In this document: piece by piece, positions 44,867 through 53,576 of the stretch
How positions within the stretch are numbered: the first letter of the stretch is position 1
Layout of the letters: every line of letters starts with the position of its first letter
Source: Armatimonadota bacterium
Lineage (GTDB): Bacteria > Armatimonadota > UBA5829 > DTJY01
NCBI GenBank assembly: GCA_029907255.1
Contig: JARYMF010000007.1
Location: 105,541 to 169,540 of the forward strand
Length of the DNA: 64,000 nucleotides
Direction: 5' to 3'
The notes under the pieces: generated by a model
Database searches by the model: none
Told to the model about the DNA's origin: nothing
The model's input: only the letters and a program-made list of their open reading frames with translations
Position numbers and translations under genes: made by a program

Positions 44867-46285
44867 TTATCCTTTTGGTGTCCCAATCTTAGAAACCAAC
44901 AGCTTCTCAGCTGCAGTAAGCTGAGCATCATCCTTGCGGTTTTTGTTCTCAACAGTTATGTCTGGATTTAACCCATGGCCATTGAAGTCAATACCGCCCG
45001 GAGTTATCATTTTTCCAGTCGTAACTATCGCAGATGCGCCGTCCTTGAGCACAACCGGTGTTTGAACCAACCCATCGCCAAAAGTCTTTGTTCCGACAAG
45101 GGTCGCAATTTGCGAATCTCTTAGAGTTCCAGCGAAAAGTTCTGCCACGCTGGATGTACCGTGGTTGATGAGAACGGCAACGGGTATTCCAATACTGCGC
45201 GTCTTGGGTAATCTGATTGAACGCTTTGCGTTCCTGCCCTGGATTGTGGCGACTGTTCCTCCGCCTGTGAGCTTAGATGCTATATATGTTGCTGAATAAA
45301 GCGACCCACCTGGATTGTTGCGCACATCTAAGATTAGAGCCTTCGCCCTGCGCGCTTGTAATTTGCTAATTTCTGCTGTGAATTCCTTTTCTGCTCGTTT
45401 GTTAAACTGCGCAATTCGTACGTATGCAATTCCATGCTTAAGTTCTTTGACAACAACAGGGTCTACCACTGTGTCGCGGCAGCGCAGCTTAACCTTGATT
45501 CTCTCCGATTTGCCAGGCCGTTCGACCTCAAGATTTAAATCGCCAGATGTCGTGGTTGTGAGTTTGTCAAGTGCATCTTGAATAGTAATTCCTTTTTTTA
45601 GCCGCGCATCAATTTCGTCAAGCGCTTTTCGATAAGAGAGAAGGTCAAGTTGTTTATTCCTGACCATCTTGCGCATCTTTTGGATTTCTGGCTCCATATA
45701 TGGATCATGATTGATGACCCACTTTCCGCCTACTTCGGTTATGGCATCACCAGGCTCGAGCCCGGCTTCGTCCGCTGGGCTTCCCTGCATGGGTGCCACT
45801 ACGACTATATTTGTTGTATCAAGATCGCCGATTTTTTCATGTTTTAGAGCTAGTATTGCACCAGTTCCATGGAATATGCCGGCTTCGACATCATTCAGCA
45901 GTTTGCGTTCTTCAGGGGTGATAAAGCGCGTGTCTGGGTCATCTAACGAGTCCAACATAGCGCGGATTGCGCCTTGAGCCATTTTTGCTTCTTTTTCAGG
46001 CGTTATCTTTTCTACATAATGCTTCTTGCAAAGATTAAGCACCGTCGAGAAAAGATTGCGATACTCCGCATCCGCCCCAATTTGTGGTTTCGGCTTGATG
46101 GATTCTACCTGAATAGGGGTTTGCTCCGGTGCTAGCTTTAGCAGAGCATTCGCCTGTGGAGATGCGCCCTTTATAATCAATAAGGGCCTATCTTGAATTG
46201 ACCTAAGATATTTTCCGCCGCAAAAAGCAGCAATGATAAATATTATTGCAAGCCATACATGAACTTTTTTTCTCATTGCTTTCAA
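44867..46285 (-). CDS. ctpA: S41 carboxy-terminal processing peptidase (paralog 1)
   Basis: PDZ domain (SPADEAGLEPGDAITEVGG), LILDVRNNPGG and NHGTSSVAEL. TTG 46285 has GAGAGGAA upstream. Confidence 0.8.
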   Translation of the reverse strand: MKAMRKKVHVWLAIIFIIAAFCGGKYLRSIQDRPLLIIKGASPQANALLKLAPEQTPIQVESIKPKPQIGADAEYRNLFSTVLNLCKKHYVEKITPEKEAKMAQGAIRAMLDSLDDPDTRFITPEERKLLNDVEAGIFHGTGAILALKHEKIGDLDTTNIVVVAPMQGSPADEAGLEPGDAITEVGGKWVINHDPYMEPEIQKMRKMVRNKQLDLLSYRKALDEIDARLKKGITIQDALDKLTTTTSGDLNLEVERPGKSERIKVKLRCRDTVVDPVVVKELKHGIAYVRIAQFNKRAEKEFTAEISKLQARRAKALILDVRNNPGGSLYSATYIASKLTGGGTVATIQGRNAKRSIRLPKTRSIGIPVAVLINHGTSSVAELFAGTLRDSQIATLVGTKTFGDGLVQTPVVLKDGASAIVTTGKMITPGGIDFNGHGLNPDITVENKNRKDDAQLTAAEKLLVSKIGTPKG

Positions 46286-46312
46286 GATGGTTTCCTCTCG
46301 TTTGGTAATTTT

Positions 46313-47461
46313 CTAGAATGGTGGTTTTTTAGGCGTTCCGTTTACCCTAAATTCAAAATGCAAATGCGGACCGGTACTAAGCCCTGTACTACCTACATAC
46401 CCTATTATTTGCCCTTGTTTTACTTTTTGATTAACCGACACGGCGAGACGACTGCAGTGCGCATAAAGAGTATCAATGTTTCCGCCGTGATAAATAATTA
46501 CTGTCTTGCCATATCCCCCACAGACTCCGCTAAATTTCACAATCCCATCGGCTGCGGCTCGAATTGGGGTGCCGTAGGCGGCTCGAAGGTCAATGCCATC
46601 ATGGTGTATATACCTTTTGAGTATTGGATGCATGCGCATGCCAAATCCCGATGTTACAGCACCAGGCACTGGCCTTAGCCATCCGCCAGACCACATAGGA
46701 ATATCTTTTCTGCTAATTGATGCGGCTCTATGCATCCGCCGCAGCATTTCGCCCAAGCGGCGAGATGTTTGCTCAAGCTCGGCAAGGGCGCGCTCCAGCT
46801 CCGCGGCTTCGCTTTGTATTCGCTTTAAGTTACGTTCTTTTTCCTCAGCCCATTCCGCCGCCGCGCGTGTCTCGATTTCTTGTTGATATTCCAGCCGCCT
46901 TCGCTCTCGTTCTTGAGCCTCAAGTTGTGCTTGGTATTGCTCAATTGCGGCTTTGTCCCTTTTAATGGATTCGATGATTTCAGCGTCTTTTTCTAATACC
47001 TTCCGAACAACATATCCGCGGCTTAGAAGATCTGAAAAGTCAGCCGCGCCAAGAAGAATGCCAATATAGCTCATGCTTCCATGTTTGTATGTATCCGCTA
47101 TGCGTGTTGCAAGCAACTCGTTTCTTTTCTTGAGCCTTTGCTTTGTTTTTTCCAGTTCTGCGCGTGTTAATTCGATTTTTTTACGAGTGCGCGCAAGCTG
47201 TGTGCGAATATCGGCAAGTTTTGCTTGCGAAATCGAAAGTTTTCGTTCAGCGGCAACTAGGTTTTGATAGGCATAAATCTTTTGCCGTTTTACAACTTTT
47301 AGCCTGCTTCGATACTGGTTCATATTTCGGGCAACCTGCTGGAGTTGCCGCTTGATGCTTGTTATGCTTTGCTTTTTTGCATCAATCGGCGTCGCAGACA
47401 TGACGCTGATGATTAAGACTGCTAATGCAAACCTAGCTCCAAGTTTTTGCGGCTGCCCCAA
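46313..47461 (-). CDS. coiled-coil M23 (LytM) peptidase, EnvC-like architecture with intact catalytic motifs
   Basis: Signal peptide, a long heptad region, then HHDGID (HxxxD) and GPHLHFE (HxH). GGAGG lies 7 nt upstream of TTG 47461. Confidence 0.8.
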   Translation of the reverse strand: MGQPQKLGARFALAVLIISVMSATPIDAKKQSITSIKRQLQQVARNMNQYRSRLKVVKRQKIYAYQNLVAAERKLSISQAKLADIRTQLARTRKKIELTRAELEKTKQRLKKRNELLATRIADTYKHGSMSYIGILLGAADFSDLLSRGYVVRKVLEKDAEIIESIKRDKAAIEQYQAQLEAQERERRRLEYQQEIETRAAAEWAEEKERNLKRIQSEAAELERALAELEQTSRRLGEMLRRMHRAASISRKDIPMWSGGWLRPVPGAVTSGFGMRMHPILKRYIHHDGIDLRAAYGTPIRAAADGIVKFSGVCGGYGKTVIIYHGGNIDTLYAHCSRLAVSVNQKVKQGQIIGYVGSTGLSTGPHLHFEFRVNGTPKKPPF

Positions 47462-47572
47462 AGTGATTCCTCCAGTTGTCCGCAGTGGTTAACATAACCT
47501 GCGCCAGCTTATCTTGCCGTATATGATTACATTATATATCATCGGCGCTGACTATGCCAACCGAAAAGGGTG

Positions 47573-48454
47573 TTATGTTTTTAGGAACTTTCTTATGGAC
47601 ATGAAGCTCCCTACAAGCCCTATGCAACAGCCTAGACCAACCATGCCGCCCAGAAGCTGAGATGGTTCGATGTTTCCTGGATAACGCTCCAATAGGGGCC
47701 ACATGCGAGTAACAACCTTGGTTACATAAAATGCTCCGCCCAATACAATGCCGCATGCAATGGCGGCGCCAATTGCTCCTAGGATTATTCCTTCAAGTAG
47801 AAAAGGTAGGCGAATGAACCAGTTGGTTGCCCCTACAAGCTGCATGATTCTTATTTCGCGCCGCCTAGCGAAAACAGTTAGGCGAATTGCATTGCTGATT
47901 ATAAATGCTGTTATTATCAAAAGCACGCCGCTAGCGGATGCACCTAATATCTCAACGAAGTTCGAAAACCGAACAATTTCTTTGGCTTCTTTTCTAGGTG
48001 CGAGAACCTCGTCTACGCCTTTCAATTGCGCTATCTCGTTAGCAACGGAAGAAGTGTGTTTTGCATTATCGAGCTTTATGATAAACTCATCGCCAAGACT
48101 GACGTTTGGAATGCCGGTTAAGTCAATGTAGCCCTTGTAACTTTGCTTAGCTTGTTCCCAAACCTGCGCTGCGGGTATGTGCGTAAATGCTTTTACGTGT
48201 TGCATTTGTGAAAGATAATCATGTACTTGGGCTATTTCCTGCGGGGTGGCGCGAAACTTCATAAAAACGCATATTTCTAGCTCCTCCGAAAGCGACTTGG
48301 CAACGCCGTTGAGCCAGAGCACAAGGAGCGCGAAGCCGCCAAGCACCGCGAGTGACAGGCTAATAGTAGTAACTGATGCTATAGACATTAAGCCGTTCCG
48401 CCAAATGCTTACAAATGCCTCGCGGACGGCAAACTCAAGACTTCGCAAGCTCAT
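47573..48454 (-). CDS. ftsX: cell-division ABC transporter permease-like protein FtsX
   Basis: 4-TM FtsX topology with a large periplasmic loop. ATG 48454 overlaps the ftsE end by 20 nt. Confidence 0.8.
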   Translation of the reverse strand: MSLRSLEFAVREAFVSIWRNGLMSIASVTTISLSLAVLGGFALLVLWLNGVAKSLSEELEICVFMKFRATPQEIAQVHDYLSQMQHVKAFTHIPAAQVWEQAKQSYKGYIDLTGIPNVSLGDEFIIKLDNAKHTSSVANEIAQLKGVDEVLAPRKEAKEIVRFSNFVEILGASASGVLLIITAFIISNAIRLTVFARRREIRIMQLVGATNWFIRLPFLLEGIILGAIGAAIACGIVLGGAFYVTKVVTRMWPLLERYPGNIEPSQLLGGMVGLGCCIGLVGSFMSIRKFLKT

Positions 48455-49127
48455 GATATGTGCCTTTTGCCTCGTCTCTAATGATTTCTCCCTTGTCGAG
48501 GGCAATCACCCGCTTCTTCATGTGGTCTACGATGTGTTTGTCATGGCTGGCAACTACGACGGTAGTGCCGCGCATATTTATACGCTCAAGAAGCCGGATG
48601 ATTTCCAAAGATGTTTCGGGGTCGAGATTGCCAGTAGGTTCATCTGCTAGGAGAATTGGAGGATTGTTTACCAGCGCCCTTGCGATTGCAATGCGCTGTT
48701 GCTCGCCGCCAGAGAGCTGGTCAGGATATGCATTTGCTCGGTCAAGGAGCCCGACCAAGTCGAGTACCTCAGCTACCCTCGTTTTAATCTCTTTTCGAGG
48801 TGCACCGGTTACGTATAAAGCAAAAGCTATATTCTCGCGTGCAGTTTTTCTTGGAAGCAGGCCGAAATCCTGAAATACAACGCCAATCCCTCTGCGAAGG
48901 CGCGCAATTGCATTGCCACGAAGCCTTTTGACATCCAAACCATTTACAATAGCTTTGCCGCTTGTGGCGACTTCTTCGCGATAAATTAGCTTAAGCAACG
49001 TGGACTTGCCGGTTCCAGTAGGGCCGACGATAAATACAAATTCGCCCTTTTCGATCCGCAAGCTTACGTCTCGAAGCGCTTGAATATTATTGGGGTAGAT
49101 TACCGATACGTTTCTAAACTCAATCAT
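48435..49127 (-). CDS. ftsE: cell-division ABC ATPase FtsE
   Basis: GPTGTGKST Walker A, LSGGEQQR signature and LLADEPTGNLD Walker B. I trimmed the ORF to ATG 49127 (MIEFRNVSVIY). Confidence 0.85.
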   Translation of the reverse strand: MIEFRNVSVIYPNNIQALRDVSLRIEKGEFVFIVGPTGTGKSTLLKLIYREEVATSGKAIVNGLDVKRLRGNAIARLRRGIGVVFQDFGLLPRKTARENIAFALYVTGAPRKEIKTRVAEVLDLVGLLDRANAYPDQLSGGEQQRIAIARALVNNPPILLADEPTGNLDPETSLEIIRLLERINMRGTTVVVASHDKHIVDHMKKRVIALDKGEIIRDEAKGTYHELAKS

Positions 49128-49156
49128 CTTCCGCACCGGCGGGGTTCTTTTGCGAA

Positions 49157-49185
49157 AGTATACCAGATGAACTCCGAGATTGCAA
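49157..49185 (-). promoter_or_regulatory. sigma70-like promoter of ftsEX
   Basis: On the minus strand, TTGCAA (49185-49180), a 17-nt spacer ending in TGG, then TATACT (49162-49157). Confidence 0.5.
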
Positions 49186-49284
49186 GTGAAATGGGCAGGG
49201 GTTGTTTTTGTGTTGTTAATAATTTCCAGCGGCGTTACATGGGTCGTTGAGGCGGGCGGTGCCCTGCCCACAGTGAAGGGTGAA

Positions 49285-49482
49285 TGTAGGGTTAGTGTAG
49301 GGTTGAAAGGTCAACCCTACATAAATTCACGGCGATTTTGAGCGTGAAAATGCGGTTAATGTAGGGTGTGTAGGGTTAAAACACCTCTAAACGCGGGGGA
49401 AGTGATATATATCTCCACAGAGATATATATCCTTTAAAAATGGATTCGACTGCAAAACCCTACATAACCCTACATCCCTACA
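49285..49482. repeat. symmetric array of TGTAGGGT / ACCCTACA octamers around a perfect 12-bp inverted repeat
   Basis: Forward octamers lie at 49285, 49296, 49360 and 49369. Reverse octamers lie at 49314, 49457 and 49467, with a 7/8 copy at 49476. There is an 11-bp hairpin at 49296-49321. The central inverted repeat GATATATATCTC-CACA-GAGATATATATC spans 49404-49431. Confidence 0.85.
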
Positions 49483-49574
49483 TACCTCAACCGATGATAA
49501 CCGCCAATCAGCTGTGCCTAGCGAGTGGGTTTGGTTGGGCGGCGATGTTCGACACGAGCTATGACGAGCTATGG

Positions 49575-50714
49575 CTAGGCTTTCACGTATAGCAGTGCCA
49601 CGTCGTCTTTTAAGTGCCCGTCGCACCATTTGTTGATTTCTTCAAGCAGTGAGTTCACAAATGCCGAGGGTTCTTCGTGTTTGTGGGATAAGGCAAATTC
49701 TTTGAGCCTGTCTCGCCCAAAAAAGCCGTATTTTCCTCTTGCCTCTGTAACGCCATCCGTGTAGAGCAGTAGACTGCCGCTTCTAAACGGTATTTTGCAT
49801 TCCTCGTATTTCTCGTGCTCGGCAATTCCAATAGCAGTTCCAGTGAGTGCTAATTCTTCGACTTTATCGTTAATTAAAAGCGGTGGTTCGTGCCCAGCTG
49901 TTACAAAGCGAATTGTGCCTTCGTTTAAATCTGCTATCCCGTAAAATAAGGTTATGAACGCCTCCTTGGATATTTGGTGGTAGACAGCGTTATTCAGGCT
50001 TTCCATGACAAAAGACGGCGATGGGTCTTGATAAGCATAAGCTCTTAGCGAGTATTTTGCCAATGCCGTATGCACAGCGGCTTCGACTCCTTTCCCCGAC
50101 ACGTCACCGATGGCTATTGCGACAATGTTGGGGGATGGCTTGAATACGTCATAGAAGTCTCCACCAATTGCGGCTTCTTCTAAAGCCGCCTTATATGCGC
50201 TGACAATGCGAAGTGAATCTGTCTTCTCCGGTATTTCCGAAAAGAAAGCCCTCTGAAGGGTTTCAGAGATTCGCCGTTCTCTCTCATACGCTTGTTTAAG
50301 TGCTTCTCTGGCTTCTACTAACGGCGTTATATTTTCGGTGGATGCTACTACACCAATAACTTTTCCTTCTTGGTCGCGGAGCGGTGCCGCGCTTAAAAGC
50401 AGGTAGTTTCGTTTGCCTGAGGGTGTTTCAATTACTAGCTCGTCATTGTAGACAGTTTCGCCTTTATTTAGCGCACGACTCATCGGAAGTTCGCTTACGA
50501 GATAAGGCCTGCCATCTGGATGCATTAGTTTATTTGCAACTGCATAAGCAGGTAGGGGCATTCCAATCTCTGGGGGGACTTGGAAGAACTCTTGAGCATG
50601 TTTGTTCATATATGTTACCCGTTGCTCAGGTCCTTCGACGATAATTATTCCCGATGGAATTGTGTCAAGAACGGTCTGCAGGCGAGTCCTGCTTTCCATG
50701 GTCTCTTCGGTCAT
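49575..50714 (-). CDS. PAS-domain PP2C/SpoIIE-family serine phosphatase (RsbU-like)
   Basis: N-terminal PAS domain (LDTIPSGIIIVEG...) and a C-terminal GGDFYDV...GDVSGKG...YTDGVTEA PP2C pattern. Confidence 0.8.
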   Translation of the reverse strand: MTEETMESRTRLQTVLDTIPSGIIIVEGPEQRVTYMNKHAQEFFQVPPEIGMPLPAYAVANKLMHPDGRPYLVSELPMSRALNKGETVYNDELVIETPSGKRNYLLLSAAPLRDQEGKVIGVVASTENITPLVEAREALKQAYERERRISETLQRAFFSEIPEKTDSLRIVSAYKAALEEAAIGGDFYDVFKPSPNIVAIAIGDVSGKGVEAAVHTALAKYSLRAYAYQDPSPSFVMESLNNAVYHQISKEAFITLFYGIADLNEGTIRFVTAGHEPPLLINDKVEELALTGTAIGIAEHEKYEECKIPFRSGSLLLYTDGVTEARGKYGFFGRDRLKEFALSHKHEEPSAFVNSLLEEINKWCDGHLKDDVALLYVKA

Positions 50715-51049
50715 TTAATTTTGCCTCCACTTTGCGCCCGTTTGTTTGGCTTTAAATTTACGGCAGGACATCCAAAAACCAATGTATCATTATATCATTA
50801 TACCGAAACATTTGTATTGTCATTGCAAGCATATTCAAATGCATGTGCTTTGCAAAATATCAAATCAGCAAGCCCAGTAAAGCTGTCTTTGTTGCGAAAA
50901 TTCCACTTTGTAAATACGCAAGCCGTTGGATCTTTGTTTTTTAATATGTTTGCAGGAGTTCGGAGACATTATGATTAAAAGCTATCCTTGAAAATGATAT
51001 TCAGTGGACAACGCCAAAATTGCTTTTACTTGTAGGTTGAGGAGAAGAC

Positions 51050-52453
51050 ATGAAAAAAACGAATCTTATTCTATTTGGAATTGACAGCTTGCGCGCAGAC
51101 CACATGAGTTTGTATGGCTATCCTAGGCTAACAACTCCGCATATAGATAAGTTTGCGGCAGGCGGAGCTGTTTTTGAGAAGTGTTACAGCCCGCACATCC
51201 CGACAACACCGGGATATGCCTCAATGTTTACTGGCATGGATGTATTCGGTACTGACGTTGTAGCTTTGAGGCATCAAGGGGGCCTTGGCAGCCATCTGAA
51301 AACGTTGGCTGAGATTCTGGGGGAGAATGGATACAACACAACTTGTGTAGGATTTAGCGGCAATCCTGCGTCTAGAGGATTTCAGAAGTATTTGGATTTC
51401 CCTGGCTGGGGTTCCTGGGAGGAAGGCAGAAGCCATAAAGCAGAGAACTTAAACAATGTTGCTATTCCGGAACTCAAACGTCTTGCGGCAGAGGATAAGC
51501 CTTTCTTTCTTTTCTTGAGGCACATGGACCCACACGCCCCATATTTGCCGCCTCGCCCCTTCGAAAGAATATTCTACGATGGAAACGAGTATGACCCAAA
51601 CAATAAGTCCCTTGAACCAGTAATGAAGTTCAAGCCGTTTTGCGACTTCTTTGCAAGCTGGTTTCCGCCGGGATGCACAGATAAAGACTACATCATTGCC
51701 CAGTATGACGGCGCAATTGCTTATATGGACGCATGCATTGCGAACATATTTGCTACGATTGAGCACCTGGGGATAAAGGAAGATACACTTGTTGTAATAG
51801 ACGCAGACCACGGCGAAACTCTGTATGACCATGAGTGTTGGTTTGACCATCATGGACTTTACGACTGCACGTTGCACATTCCGCTGGTGTTCGTTTTCCC
51901 GCGCAAAGTTCCAGCCGGAAAGCGCTTTTCTGATTATGTTCAAATGAAAGATATCGCTCCGACGATTTTAGATTTGTTGGAGATAGAAACCGACATTAAT
52001 TTTGACGGAAGGAGTCTAGTTCCGCTTTTCGAAGGCAAACCTCGCGAACAAGAGCCCGAGTTTTATATCACAGAGGCTACATGGATGAGAAAACATGGAT
52101 GGCGGACACCGGAATGGAAGCTAATCCATGCCCTTGAGCCCGATTTTCACTTCAAGCCAGAGATTGAGCTGTATAACCTAATAAAGGATCCCGAAGAAAA
52201 CTTTAACATTGCTGAACAAGAGCCGGAGATTGTGCGAATGCTTGAGGCGCGAATGCAGGAATGGATTAAAAAGCGAGAGCAGGAGACAGGCAGAAGGAAT
52301 CCAATCTTCACGAACTTGAATTGGCATGGCCACGGAGCGCCATTTAAATCCAGCGAGGAGGCTTACAATACCCTGTACATAGGTTCACCTAAAGCGGCTG
52401 AGGCGCTTCAGGCTAGGGAGCTTCAGCGGCAAAGGGGTCAAGAAAAGCTGTAA
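51050..52453 (+). CDS. sulfatase-like hydrolase/transferase (alkaline-phosphatase superfamily)
   Basis: LFGIDSLRADH, TTPGYASMFTG (Thr where sulfatases have Cys/Ser) and DADHGE. GAGGAG lies upstream. Confidence 0.75.
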   Translation: MKKTNLILFGIDSLRADHMSLYGYPRLTTPHIDKFAAGGAVFEKCYSPHIPTTPGYASMFTGMDVFGTDVVALRHQGGLGSHLKTLAEILGENGYNTTCVGFSGNPASRGFQKYLDFPGWGSWEEGRSHKAENLNNVAIPELKRLAAEDKPFFLFLRHMDPHAPYLPPRPFERIFYDGNEYDPNNKSLEPVMKFKPFCDFFASWFPPGCTDKDYIIAQYDGAIAYMDACIANIFATIEHLGIKEDTLVVIDADHGETLYDHECWFDHHGLYDCTLHIPLVFVFPRKVPAGKRFSDYVQMKDIAPTILDLLEIETDINFDGRSLVPLFEGKPREQEPEFYITEATWMRKHGWRTPEWKLIHALEPDFHFKPEIELYNLIKDPEENFNIAEQEPEIVRMLEARMQEWIKKREQETGRRNPIFTNLNWHGHGAPFKSSEEAYNTLYIGSPKAAEALQARELQRQRGQEKL

Positions 52454-52526
52454 TTTTCTCGATTAATAAGAACTGTAGCCAAAACTCTACAGGGAATTAC
52501 AGAATTCTTAATGGGGCATAGGGCTT

Positions 52527-53528
52527 ATGTTGCGCGTCTGTACCATTGGCATGGGACCGATTGGAAACCTCCATGCGGACATATATAAAAGCGATGAACT
52601 TGCCGAATTGGTGGGCGTCTGTGACATTATCCCCGAACGAGCAAAGGCGGCAGGTGAACGTCTGGGTGTTCCATGGTACACCGATGACCAGGAAATGCTT
52701 GATGCATGCCGACCGGATGTGTGCAGTATAACAACAGGCGGATATGAGTACTGCAGCGACCATTATGAACCTGCAATGCTCGCTTTGAAGTCGGGCAGTC
52801 ATATACTCTGCGAGAAGCCAATCTGCAATGATTTAGCAAGAGCAGAAGAAATGGTTCGAACCGCAAAGGAGCTGAATCTTTGCTTTGGCATTAACTTCAA
52901 CCACCGCTTCACTCCAGCCGCTCGTCTTGCGAAGCAGTGGATAGATGAGGGCCGTCTGGGGGATCTCCTTTTCGCTAATATGGCGCTGTGGATTGGTAGA
53001 CAGGGAGAGTTTGATTCGCCTTATTTCCACATAAAAGCATTAAATCCGCATTCGGTTGATATGATGCGCTACTATTGCGGTGAGATTGTTCGCGTGCAGT
53101 GCTTTGCGATGAAAGCGCCTGGCAGAAAAATTTGGTCAACTGCTTCGATTAACATGCAGTTCGAAAACGGTGCAGTTGGCCACCTAACAAGCAGCTACGA
53201 TATTGCTCGTGGCCACCCAATGGAGCGGTGCGAGGTTGCCGGCGTAAAGGGGCGTTTTGTTCTGGAAGATATGTGGCGGGAGGTAACGCTCTATCCTGCT
53301 GGTGAGCTTATCAAGCAAGTCTATACAAACCCGATTTTTGGCGGATACCGCGATTTTAACGACACATTCAGAGACCGCATTCACCGGTTTTTGCAGCAGG
53401 TTTCTGAAGGAGCATCGCCTGATGAGATTGATGGCTCTGGCGCCGATGGACTAGCCGCCCAGAGGGTTATCCATGCCGCGATTAGATCTCTGGAGACGGG
53501 TTGTGTGGTTGAAGTTAGCGAGGTATAA
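52527..53528 (+). CDS. Gfo/Idh/MocA-family oxidoreductase
   Basis: CTIGMGPIGNLH Rossmann start, a conserved ILCEKP motif, and a C-terminal alpha/beta domain. Confidence 0.8.
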   Translation: MLRVCTIGMGPIGNLHADIYKSDELAELVGVCDIIPERAKAAGERLGVPWYTDDQEMLDACRPDVCSITTGGYEYCSDHYEPAMLALKSGSHILCEKPICNDLARAEEMVRTAKELNLCFGINFNHRFTPAARLAKQWIDEGRLGDLLFANMALWIGRQGEFDSPYFHIKALNPHSVDMMRYYCGEIVRVQCFAMKAPGRKIWSTASINMQFENGAVGHLTSSYDIARGHPMERCEVAGVKGRFVLEDMWREVTLYPAGELIKQVYTNPIFGGYRDFNDTFRDRIHRFLQQVSEGASPDEIDGSGADGLAAQRVIHAAIRSLETGCVVEVSEV

Positions 53529-53576
53529 GGCAGCTTAACTGCAGTGAGTGGTTTTATCACCGAAAACTAAAAAGAT

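Noticed and set aside
49285-49482. Reading the TGTAGGGT array as a CRISPR array
   Set aside because: The repeat unit is only 8 nt and copies occur in both orientations. Spacers are 1-80 nt and irregular, and there are no cas genes nearby.
49554-49573. Tandem 10-mer acgagctatg x2 right after the PAS-PP2C stop codon
   Set aside because: It is only two units and 20 nt long, with no associated structure. It is probably a chance duplication.
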